Assembly: GCA_041497675.1 (NCBI GenBank)
Contig: JBGQGY010000052.1
Coordinates: forward strand, 1 to 22,884
Source of the DNA: a bacterium
GTDB taxonomy: Bacteria > Sysuimicrobiota > Sysuimicrobiia > Sysuimicrobiales > Humicultoraceae
Direction of reading: 5' to 3'
DNA length: 22,884 nucleotides
Shown here: piece after piece, positions 15,859 through 22,884 of the stretch
How the letters are laid out: every line of letters starts with the position of its first letter
Position numbering within the stretch: position 1 is the stretch's first letter
Made by a program: the position numbers and the translations under genes
Notes under the pieces: model-generated
Database searches by the model: none
Told to the model about the DNA's origin: nothing
Seen by the model: only the letters and a program-made list of their open reading frames with translations

Positions 15859-18239
15859 CAGACCGTCACCTTGTGCCAGCCGGGCGGAAGCTCGACGCGG
15901 ATCGGGTCTTTGAACCGGATCGACGGCACCCGAGTGGGTCCGACCCGGCCGCTCCCGCCTTTGCGCACGTCGGCCAGCGCGGCCAGGATCTTGTCGGGCG
16001 TGATGGGGATCTCGTCGATCGCGATGCCCAGGGCGTCGCGCACGGCGTTGGCGACCGCCGGGATCACGGGCAGCAGCGGCCCTTGACCGACTTCCTTAGC
16101 GCCGAAGGGTCCCTCCGGATCGACCGACTCCACGATGAACGAGTGGATCTCCGGCATCTCCAACGTGGTCGGGCTCTTGTACTCCAGCATCGACGGAAAC
16201 TTGTGCACGCCGCGCCGGAAGACTTGCTCTTCCATTAAGACCTCTCCAAGACCCATGTACACGCTGCCCTCGATCTGTCCTTCGACGAGCAGCGGGTTGA
16301 TGGCACGGCCGACGTCGTGCGCGATCCAGACCTTCTCCACCTTCACCTCGCCGCTTTCCGGGTCGCACCGCACCTCGGCGACGCAGGCGGTGTAGGAGTA
16401 AGCAGGTGACGGTCCGACCCCCGACCCCTTGTACGGCCCCGATAGTTTCGGCGGGCGATAGCTGCCCGTCGTCGCCAGCAGGCCAACGCGCGCCTCGGCC
16501 GCGCGGACCGCCTCAGGCCAGGTGAGCCCGCGGTCGGGTGTCTCCTTCACGTAGATGCGGCGACCTTCCGCCACGAGGAGGTCCGGTGGGACCTCGAGTC
16601 TTTCCGCCACCGCCTTGAAGATGATCTCCCGCATTTTGGTGGCGGCTTCGAGCGCCGCGTTCCCGGCCATGAAGGTGACGCGGCTGGAATACGACCCGAG
16701 ATCGATAGGCGTGAGATCGGTGTCGGCCGTCACGAGCTTGATGTCGGACGGCTGGATCCCAAGCACCTCCGCGACGGTGTAGGCCAGCACCGAATCCGAG
16801 CCCTGACCGATATCGATCGCCATCGAGTACACTGTGACCCCGCCGCCACGGTCGATCTTGATCTGGACCTCTGATTGCGGCATGTCGTTCCAGTAGATCG
16901 GCAGCCCCGCGCCACACATGTACGCGCCGACCGCGACGCCGACCCCGCGCCCGCGGGGCAACCGGCCGCGCTTTTGGTGAAAACCCGAGGCGTCCACCAC
17001 GCGGTCGAGACACTCGCGCAACCCGCACGACGTGATGCGCAGGTAGTTGACCGTCATCGAGTTTGGCTCGACCAGGTTGCGGAGCCGCAGCGTCACGGGA
17101 TCGATGCCCAAATCCGCGGCAGCCTTGTCGAGCTGGCATTCCATGGCGTAACGCGGCTGCGGCGTGCCGTGGCCGCGTTTTGGCCCGCACGGCGGCTTGT
17201 TGGTGAAAACGCGGAGCCCCTCGAACTTGTAACGGGGGATCTTGTACGTCGTCGTCTGCAGCGCTCCAGTGTAGTAGGTGCTCGCAACCCCGTACGAACC
17301 GTACGCCCCGCCGTCCAAAAACGTCTTGAAGTGCATCGCGGTGATGCGGCCTTGGTGGCTAAACCCCGTCTTGACCCACATCAGCGTCGGGTGCCGGCCG
17401 CGGTGGATGTAAAACACTTCTTCCCGGGTGCACGTGATCTTGACGGGCCGCCCGGTGATCATCGAGAGTTTGGCCGCGGCGATCTCGTGCGAGAATGGAT
17501 CGGTCTTCCCGCCAAACCCGCCGCCGACCGGCGTCGCGATGACGCGGATCTGGCTGGCCGGGCGCTCCAGGACCTTCTCGAGCGCGCGGTGGACGTAGTG
17601 CGGCGTCTGTGTCGAGGTCCAGACGGTCAGCTTGCCGTCGGGCTCGTAGGAGGCCACGGCCGAGTGTTGCTCCATGGGGAGATGGGTGTTGCCTTCGAAA
17701 AAGAAGATGTCTTCGCGGACATGATCAGCCTCGCGAAACCCCTCCTCGACGTCGCCAAACTCCAGCGCCACCATCTTGTGGATGTTGGGCCCGTCGCCGT
17801 AGTCCTGGATGCGGACGTCCTCGCGTTTCAGCGCTTCGTCGATCGACATGATGGCGGGCAGCGGCTCGTACACGACGTCGATGAGCTCCAGCGCGCGATC
17901 GGCGGTCTCTTCGTCGATCGCTGCCACCGCCGCCACCGGATCGCCGACGTAGCGCACTTTGTGGATGGCCAGCGTCTCTTCATCCTGGCTGACGGGGAGG
18001 ATGCCAAACTTGATCGGGAGCGCCGTGCCGGTCAAGACCGCTACGACCCCGGGCAGCGCTTCCGCTCGGCTGGTATCGATCGATGTGATCAGGGCGTGCG
18101 CGTGGGTGCTGCGCAACAGCCGACCGTGCAGCATCCTCGGCAAATTGAGATCGTCCGCAAACTTTGTTTGCCCCGTGCACTTGCCCATCCCGTCGACGCG
18201 GGGCAGCGGTTTGCCGATGACCGAGAAGGTCCCGTGCAT
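15858..18239 (-). CDS. hcrA: 4-hydroxybenzoyl-CoA reductase alpha-type molybdopterin subunit (xanthine oxidase family)
   Basis: 793 aa; TQTPH, GGGFGGK, RGRHP, GGAYGSYG, PPCGPKRGHG, DIGQGS, GSYSSRVTFM, GPFGAKE. Confidence 0.85.
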   Translation of the reverse strand: MHGTFSVIGKPLPRVDGMGKCTGQTKFADDLNLPRMLHGRLLRSTHAHALITSIDTSRAEALPGVVAVLTGTALPIKFGILPVSQDEETLAIHKVRYVGDPVAAVAAIDEETADRALELIDVVYEPLPAIMSIDEALKREDVRIQDYGDGPNIHKMVALEFGDVEEGFREADHVREDIFFFEGNTHLPMEQHSAVASYEPDGKLTVWTSTQTPHYVHRALEKVLERPASQIRVIATPVGGGFGGKTDPFSHEIAAAKLSMITGRPVKITCTREEVFYIHRGRHPTLMWVKTGFSHQGRITAMHFKTFLDGGAYGSYGVASTYYTGALQTTTYKIPRYKFEGLRVFTNKPPCGPKRGHGTPQPRYAMECQLDKAAADLGIDPVTLRLRNLVEPNSMTVNYLRITSCGLRECLDRVVDASGFHQKRGRLPRGRGVGVAVGAYMCGAGLPIYWNDMPQSEVQIKIDRGGGVTVYSMAIDIGQGSDSVLAYTVAEVLGIQPSDIKLVTADTDLTPIDLGSYSSRVTFMAGNAALEAATKMREIIFKAVAERLEVPPDLLVAEGRRIYVKETPDRGLTWPEAVRAAEARVGLLATTGSYRPPKLSGPYKGSGVGPSPAYSYTACVAEVRCDPESGEVKVEKVWIAHDVGRAINPLLVEGQIEGSVYMGLGEVLMEEQVFRRGVHKFPSMLEYKSPTTLEMPEIHSFIVESVDPEGPFGAKEVGQGPLLPVIPAVANAVRDALGIAIDEIPITPDKILAALADVRKGGSGRVGPTRVPSIRFKDPIRVELPPGWHKVTV

Positions 18240-18240
18240 G

Positions 18241-18741
18241 CTAGCGCCCCCCGCCCGGCGTCCCGTTGCCGTTGCGCGCGCGGGCGGCCGCCAGTTCGAC
18301 GGCCTCGAAGATCTTCACGTATCCGGTGCACCGGCAGAGATTGCCCGCCAGCGCCTGCGCGATCCGCTCCCGCGTGGGATCGGGCTCCGCGTCGAGCAGC
18401 GCCTTGGCCGCCAGGAGAATCCCCGGCGTGCAATACCCGCACTGCGCCGCGCCAAGCTCGGTGAAGGTCATCTGTAGGTGGTGCGGCCGGCTCCCCTCCG
18501 CCAAACCTTCGACCGTCGTGATCTCGCGATTCTGCACCTCGACCGGCAGCGTCAGACACGAGAGCCACGGCTCGCCATCGATCAGCACCGTGCATGTGCC
18601 GCACTCGCCGAGCTCGCAGCCATGTTTGGTCCCGGTGAGGTTCATCTCTTCGCGCAAGACTTCGAGCAGCGTCTTGTGGATGGGCGCCGCAACTTCGTGG
18701 GTCTCCCCGTTCACGCGCAGCGTGAGCAGCGTCTTGGGCAT
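18241..18741 (-). CDS. hcrC: 2x[2Fe-2S] small subunit (HcrC/CoxS type)
   Basis: GTKHGCELGECGTCTV..SCL, QCGYCTPG, NLCRCTGY. ATG at 18741 overlaps the iclR TAA. Confidence 0.9.
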   Translation of the reverse strand: MPKTLLTLRVNGETHEVAAPIHKTLLEVLREEMNLTGTKHGCELGECGTCTVLIDGEPWLSCLTLPVEVQNREITTVEGLAEGSRPHHLQMTFTELGAAQCGYCTPGILLAAKALLDAEPDPTRERIAQALAGNLCRCTGYVKIFEAVELAAARARNGNGTPGGGR

Positions 18742-19580
18742 TAGACGCCGCCCGCCGCGGCCGCTTTGTCTCTCGCCCCGGCCCATGCCGCTCCGGTGCC
18801 GCCCAACCGCCGCGAGATATCTTGCGCCGCCTGCTTCACGGCCAACCCCGCGGCCTGGAGACGCGTCTCCGTAAGCCGCGCGCCGTACCCGACGATGGTC
18901 ACGGTGGCCGAGGGTCGTCCCCGCCCATCGAGCACGGGCGATGATGCGGCGCGGACACCGGGTAAATACTCTTCGCGATCGGCAGCGTACCCGAGCGTCC
19001 GGACCCGCGTCAATTCCTTGCGATAGCGACGTGGATCGGTGATCGACCTGGGCGTGAACGCCGGCAGCGTCCGGCCGCTCAACAGGCGGGTCACCTCGTC
19101 GTCAGGCAGCCAGGCCAGGAACGCCTTCGCCACGGCGCCCGCAAACGGCGGCAGCCGGTGCCCGATCGGCGCCGTCACCTTCAACTGGTGATCGGACTCC
19201 ACGCGGTCGACGATCACCGCGCCCTGATCGTTCGGGACGTGCAGCACCGCTGTCTCGCCAATGGCATCCCGAAGTCGCACGAGAAACGGCCGCGCGACCT
19301 GCCGCAGATCGAGGCCCCGCAGCACGGCGTTGCCCAGATCGAGCAGCGCGTAGCCCAAGCGGTAGACCCGCGACTCGTCGTCGCGTTCGACAAACCCGTA
19401 GTGCTCGAGGGTGCTGAGGAGTTCGGAGAGCGTGCTCTTGCTGACGCCGAGCGCGCGGCTGAGGTCAGACAGGCGGCGCGGCCCACCGTCCGCGCTCAGG
19501 GCCTGGAGGACGAGGACGGTCCGTTCGATGGCAGGCACGAGGCGCCGGGACCGCGTGGCAGAATCCTCCATGTTCGCCAT
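18741..19580 (-). CDS. IclR family transcriptional regulator
   Basis: N-terminal wHTH (LSDLSRALGVSKSTLSELLSTLEHYGFV..YRLG), GETAVL, GAVAKAFLA, LPAFTPRSITD, GYAADREEY. Start 19580 or 19571. Confidence 0.95.
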   Translation of the reverse strand: MANMEDSATRSRRLVPAIERTVLVLQALSADGGPRRLSDLSRALGVSKSTLSELLSTLEHYGFVERDDESRVYRLGYALLDLGNAVLRGLDLRQVARPFLVRLRDAIGETAVLHVPNDQGAVIVDRVESDHQLKVTAPIGHRLPPFAGAVAKAFLAWLPDDEVTRLLSGRTLPAFTPRSITDPRRYRKELTRVRTLGYAADREEYLPGVRAASSPVLDGRGRPSATVTIVGYGARLTETRLQAAGLAVKQAAQDISRRLGGTGAAWAGARDKAAAAGGV

Positions 19581-19607
19581 TTCGAACAGTGTTCGGTATG
19601 TAGGACA
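19571..19607. promoter_or_regulatory. Tandem IclR-type operators: TGTTCG-N6-CGAACA (19571-19588) and TGTTCG-N6-AGGACA (19590-19607)
   Basis: One perfect and one imperfect inverted repeat between the -10 box and the iclR start; GTTCG half-sites resemble PcaR/PobR-type boxes. Confidence 0.7.
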
Positions 19608-19636
19608 AACCTACCTGCCTGATCTTACCGTGTCAA
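19608..19636 (-). promoter_or_regulatory. Sigma70-type promoter for the catabolic cluster: TTGACA-N17-TAGGTT
   Basis: Minus-strand TTGACA at 19636-19631, 17-bp spacer, TAGGTT at 19613-19608. Confidence 0.78.
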
Positions 19637-19673
19637 GGCCTTCCCGCAGCAGCGAGCGTAGTAAGATACCGGT

Positions 19674-21197
19674 GTGAAATCGTCGCCGCCGGCGCGTCCC
19701 TTCCAGCCGTTCTGGCTGCTCGCCCTCGTGCCGTTGATCCTATGGCCGGTCGTGAGCGTCCGGGACCATTTCTTTCGCGACGAGCTCTACTACATCGCGT
19801 TGGGGCGGCAGCTCAACCTCGGCTACGTCGACATCCCGATGCTGACCGCCGCGCTCGCAGCGGTCAGCGGCACGCTGTTTGGCGGGTCACTGTTGGGGCT
19901 GCGAGTCTTCCCCGCACTCGCGGGCAGCGCCACGGTGGCGCTCACGGGATTGATCGCGAAAGAGATGGGCGGCGGGCGTCTGGCCCAGTTTCTCGCCACG
20001 CTCGCGGCCCTGGTCGCGCCCGTGTACCTGGCTACTAATGTGCTGTTCGGACCCGACATCTTCGACCGAGTACTTTGGACGGCCGGCGCGCTCGTGCTCG
20101 CGATGATGCTCCGCCGCGACGACCCAAGCCTGTGGCCGGTGTTCGGGCTGATCGCGGGTGTCGGCCTGCTGACCAAGCTCACGATCCTCTTTTGGGGATT
20201 AGCGGTCGTGCTGGGGTTGTTGCTCACCGGCCGCCGGCGTCTGCTGATCGACCGGTGGGTGCTCGCCGGGGGCGCAATCGCCTTCGCCGGGCTCGTGCCC
20301 TACCTGGTGTGGCAGATCACACACGGCTGGCCGTCGCTCGAGTTCTGGGCGCACTACGGTGCCAAACTGGCCAACCTGTCGCCGGCCGAGTTCGTACTGC
20401 AGCAGGTGCTCGGCATGAATCCCGCCACGCTGCCGCTCTGGGGCATCGGTCTCTACGCGCTGGTGGTGGGTCGCTCGGGCCGTCCGTTCCGGCCGCTCGG
20501 CGCGGCGTTTCTCATCTTGCTCGGCGCCTTCCTCGTGACGCGCGCGAAGTCATACTTCCTCGCGCCCGCGTATCCGGCGCTGCTTGCGGCCGGCGCCGTC
20601 ACCCTCGAAAGCTCGCGTCACGCGATTCGCCGGTACGTGCTCGTGCCCTACGCGGTCATCCTGGCCGTCACCGGGGCGCTGATGGCGGTCGTCGCGATGC
20701 CGTTGCTCCCGCCGGAGGTGACAGCCCGGGTCATGGGTGCGATGGGCCCCCAGACCATCAAACAGGAGCGCAACGCCGTCGCCGAGTTGCCGCAGTATCT
20801 GGCCGACCGGTACGGCTGGGAAGAGATGGTCGCGACCGTGGCAGGCGTCTATCGCGGGTTGCCGGCCAAAGAACGGCCGCAGGCGTGCATCTTTGTCATG
20901 AACTACGGCCGGGCCGCAGCGATCGACTTCTATGGACCGCGGTACGGACTGCCCAAGGCCATCAGCGGCCACAACACCTACTATCTCTGGGGACTACGCG
21001 GCTGCACGGGGCGAGTCGTCATCACCACGGGCTCAGGCAACCGGGTGCTTGAAGCCGCGTTCGAGCGCATCGAGCGCGTGGCGACCATCACCTGCGCCTA
21101 CTGCATGCCCTATGAGAACAACCTGCCGGTGTGGATAGCGCGAGATGCGAAACTGCCCGGGGAGTTGTTCTGGCCCAACCTCAAGCACTACGACTAG
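19674..21197 (+). CDS. GT-C fold membrane glycosyltransferase (GT39/ArnT-PMT-like)
   Basis: 507 aa polytopic; RDELYY, GYVDIP, GLLTKLT, PYLVWQ..HGWP, KSYFLAPAYP; soluble C-terminal domain with SGHNTYYLWG. Confidence 0.88.
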   Translation: MKSSPPARPFQPFWLLALVPLILWPVVSVRDHFFRDELYYIALGRQLNLGYVDIPMLTAALAAVSGTLFGGSLLGLRVFPALAGSATVALTGLIAKEMGGGRLAQFLATLAALVAPVYLATNVLFGPDIFDRVLWTAGALVLAMMLRRDDPSLWPVFGLIAGVGLLTKLTILFWGLAVVLGLLLTGRRRLLIDRWVLAGGAIAFAGLVPYLVWQITHGWPSLEFWAHYGAKLANLSPAEFVLQQVLGMNPATLPLWGIGLYALVVGRSGRPFRPLGAAFLILLGAFLVTRAKSYFLAPAYPALLAAGAVTLESSRHAIRRYVLVPYAVILAVTGALMAVVAMPLLPPEVTARVMGAMGPQTIKQERNAVAELPQYLADRYGWEEMVATVAGVYRGLPAKERPQACIFVMNYGRAAAIDFYGPRYGLPKAISGHNTYYLWGLRGCTGRVVITTGSGNRVLEAAFERIERVATITCAYCMPYENNLPVWIARDAKLPGELFWPNLKHYD

Positions 21198-21226
21198 GGA
21201 ACTTCGAGGCACGCTTCTCCGTCTAA
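21198..21226 (+). promoter_or_regulatory. ECF (sigmaE-type) promoter GGAACTT-N16-GTCTAA
   Basis: GGAACTT at 21198-21204, 16-bp spacer, GTCTAA at 21221-21226, upstream of a GGAGG RBS and ATG 21258. Confidence 0.7.
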
Positions 21227-21257
21227 CCCTCCAAAATCCCTCTCATGGGAGGCACCT

Positions 21258-22244
21258 ATGCTCCGGATCCTTCGACCGGTCGGCCTGGCCGTGCTGCTCG
21301 CGGCGGCCATCGCATCACCTGCCCTGGCATGCGCGGGGCTCATCGGCCCCAACGGCACGGTCAACCTGGTCAGAACGACCACGCTGGCCGCGCATCACGA
21401 CGGGGTCGAGCACTACATCACCGCCTTCTCTTTCCAGGGCGGTGGCGGTCGGTTCGGTTCGATCGTCCCACTGCCCGGCATCCCTACGAAAGTCGAGCGG
21501 GGCGGCGATTGGACGCTGCAGCGGCTGATCCGCGAGACGCAGCGCCCGCTCGAAGAGGCGCGGGCCCTGTTGCTCCCCGCCACGGCGCAGGATCAGGCCC
21601 GCGTCATCCTCGAGACCAGGATTGATGCGCTGGACATCACCATCCTCGAAGGCGGCGGCGCCGCGGTCGGCCGGTGGGCGCGCGAGCATGGCTTCGTCCT
21701 CCCGCCTGATGCGCCTGAAGTCCTCGATTACTACGCGAGCCGCAGCCCGATTTTCATGGCCGCCCGCTTCGATGCCGACGCCGCGCGGACGCGCGGGCAG
21801 CAAGTCGGCGACGGCACCCCAATCCATCTCACGATCCCGATGCAGAACCCGTGGGTGCCGCTGCGGATCCTGGCGCTCGGCAAGAAGAGCAGCGATGTGG
21901 TCCGGGCCGATGTCTATCTGTTGACCGACACCCGACCGGCCCTCTTTCCGCGCCTGCACGCCGGCCTGTCGCTTCGGCACAGCGCGCCCGCCTCAGCCGA
22001 GTTGATGCGAGACTTGCGCGCCGATAAGGGGATGGCCTGGATGCCCGCCGGCAAGATGTGGCTTACCCACCTGGCGATCAATGGCCCCGCCGGGGACCTG
22101 TCATATGACCTCGCGATCGATGCGGCCGGAGACGGTCGCCCCTCACGCCACCTGGCCGGTCTGGCAGGACTCCCCTTCCTCACGATCAGCGTCGTCCTCC
22201 TGTGGGGGGCGGGAGCTGCGGCGCTGGCGCGGCGAAGGCCATGA
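21258..22244 (+). CDS. Secreted/membrane-anchored DUF2330-like protein
   Basis: Signal peptide ending ALA-C; FGSIVPLP, W...HGF..P.....L..Y....PIFMA, PLR; C-terminal hydrophobic anchor plus RRP. Confidence 0.72.
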   Translation: MLRILRPVGLAVLLAAAIASPALACAGLIGPNGTVNLVRTTTLAAHHDGVEHYITAFSFQGGGGRFGSIVPLPGIPTKVERGGDWTLQRLIRETQRPLEEARALLLPATAQDQARVILETRIDALDITILEGGGAAVGRWAREHGFVLPPDAPEVLDYYASRSPIFMAARFDADAARTRGQQVGDGTPIHLTIPMQNPWVPLRILALGKKSSDVVRADVYLLTDTRPALFPRLHAGLSLRHSAPASAELMRDLRADKGMAWMPAGKMWLTHLAINGPAGDLSYDLAIDAAGDGRPSRHLAGLAGLPFLTISVVLLWGAGAAALARRRP

Positions 22245-22648
22245 CCATCGCGCGGGTGTCGCTGCTGGCGGCCACAGCCATCCTGATCGCGACGGTCCTC
22301 TCGACCCCGGGCAGCGCGTCGCCGCGGACGATCGAGGTGACCATGCGCCACTCGCGGTTCGGGCCATCGCACCTCGTCGTCCGGCGCGGCGTGACCGTGC
22401 GCTTCGTTATCGCGAATGTCGATCCGATCGACCATGAGTTCATCCTCGGCGACGAGGGGGTTCAGCGACGCCACGAGACCGGCACGGAGCCCGCGCACGG
22501 CTCGGTGCCCGGCGAGGTATCGGTGCCCGCCGGGACGGTCGGCGGGACGAGCTACACATTTTCCCGCGCGGGCATCGTGCTCATCGGGTGCCACGCTCGT
22601 GGGCACTACGACTACGGGATGCGGGGAGCGGTGCTGGTCGTGTATTAG
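22241..22648 (+). CDS. Secreted cupredoxin (plastocyanin/azurin, CopI-like) type-1 copper protein
   Basis: ATG at 22241 overlaps the upstream TGA; signal peptide; HEF and CHARGHYDYGM give His/Cys/His/Met ligands. Confidence 0.88.
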   Translation: MTIARVSLLAATAILIATVLSTPGSASPRTIEVTMRHSRFGPSHLVVRRGVTVRFVIANVDPIDHEFILGDEGVQRRHETGTEPAHGSVPGEVSVPAGTVGGTSYTFSRAGIVLIGCHARGHYDYGMRGAVLVVY

Positions 22649-22685
22649 AGCCCCTGGACGTCAGGCGCGCCGCAGGGTGCCGCGG

Positions 22686-22884
22686 TCAGAGGGTGATCGT
22701 CGGATCCAGCACGTCGCGCAGCCAGTCGCCGACGAAGTTGATCGCCATCACCGTCAGGAGAATCGCGATCCCCGGCAGCGTGCTGATCCACCACGCCGTA
22801 CCCAGCCAGTCACGGCCGTCGGCGGTGATCCCGCCCCACGTGGGCGCCGGCGGCTGGATCCCCAGACCCAGGAACGACAGCGCG
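22686..22884 (-). CDS. Peptide/nickel ABC transporter permease DppC/OppC, 3' part only
   Basis: Manual translation ALSFLGLGIQPPAPTWGGITADGRDWLGTAWWISTLPG...NFVGDWLRDVLDPTITL*; TGA at 22688-22686. Confidence 0.92.
   Translation of the reverse strand, partial: ALSFLGLGIQPPAPTWGGITADGRDWLGTAWWISTLPGIAILLTVMAINFVGDWLRDVLDPTITL

Noticed and set aside
16875..18464. 529-aa plus-strand ORF and other long antisense/alternate-frame ORFs (2058-3167, 2952-4232, 8318-9478, 11124-12050, 12979-13896, 20075-21052)
   Set aside because: Typical stop-poor shadow frames of high-GC genes; Arg/Ala/Pro-rich and fully overlapping well-supported CDSs.
14845..18741. Calling the Mo enzyme aerobic CO dehydrogenase or xanthine dehydrogenase
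   Set aside because: It lacks the CoxL AYxCSFR loop (has CGPKRGHG), and the FAD subunit carries the HcrB-type four-Cys insertion.
9403..18786. Extended N-termini in the ORF track (livH from 10449, hcrC from 18786, SBP remnant from 12205, ligase from 14873; likewise paaD from 7661)
   Set aside because: They overlap upstream genes extensively; downstream starts match family N-termini, RBS position or stop/start coupling.
1..22884. CRISPR arrays, tRNA/rRNA, IS elements/integrases, intrinsic terminators
   Set aside because: No repeat-spacer periodicity, RNA gene signature, transposase motif or convincing hairpin plus U-tract seen by eye; a covariance-model scan was not possible.

Overview
High-GC bacterial DNA dominated by one tightly packed minus-strand cluster (about 19580 down to 1614, about 22 ORFs, mostly with overlapping or adjacent stop/start codons) for CoA-dependent aromatic acid catabolism. 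In transcription order: IclR regulator; HcrCAB-like molybdo-flavo-Fe/S enzyme (4-hydroxybenzoyl-CoA reductase type); PaaK-family aryl-CoA ligase; a small ORF; a Liv-type ABC importer carrying a deletion-compacted NitT/TauT binding-protein remnant; a divergent Paa-type di-iron ring epoxidase (PaaA, split PaaD, two PaaB-like proteins, PaaC, no PaaE); an aldehyde dehydrogenase; a single-domain crotonase resembling the BoxC N-terminal domain; TauE/SafE; and a BenE benzoate symporter. A near-consensus sigma70 promoter and tandem IclR-type operators head the cluster. The left flank has a class I aminotransferase and an eroded salicylyl-CoA 5-hydroxylase/2-aminobenzoyl-CoA monooxygenase-reductase pseudogene. 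The right flank has a GT-C glycosyltransferase, a DUF2330 plus cupredoxin pair behind an ECF-type promoter, and the 3' end of a DppC/OppC permease. Main hypothesis (inference): a hybrid route in which an 'anaerobic' reductive defunctionalisation of a substituted benzoyl-CoA feeds an O2-dependent Paa-type epoxidase and Box-like ring cleavage. Comparisons to reference proteins are from recall and need confirming by alignment.
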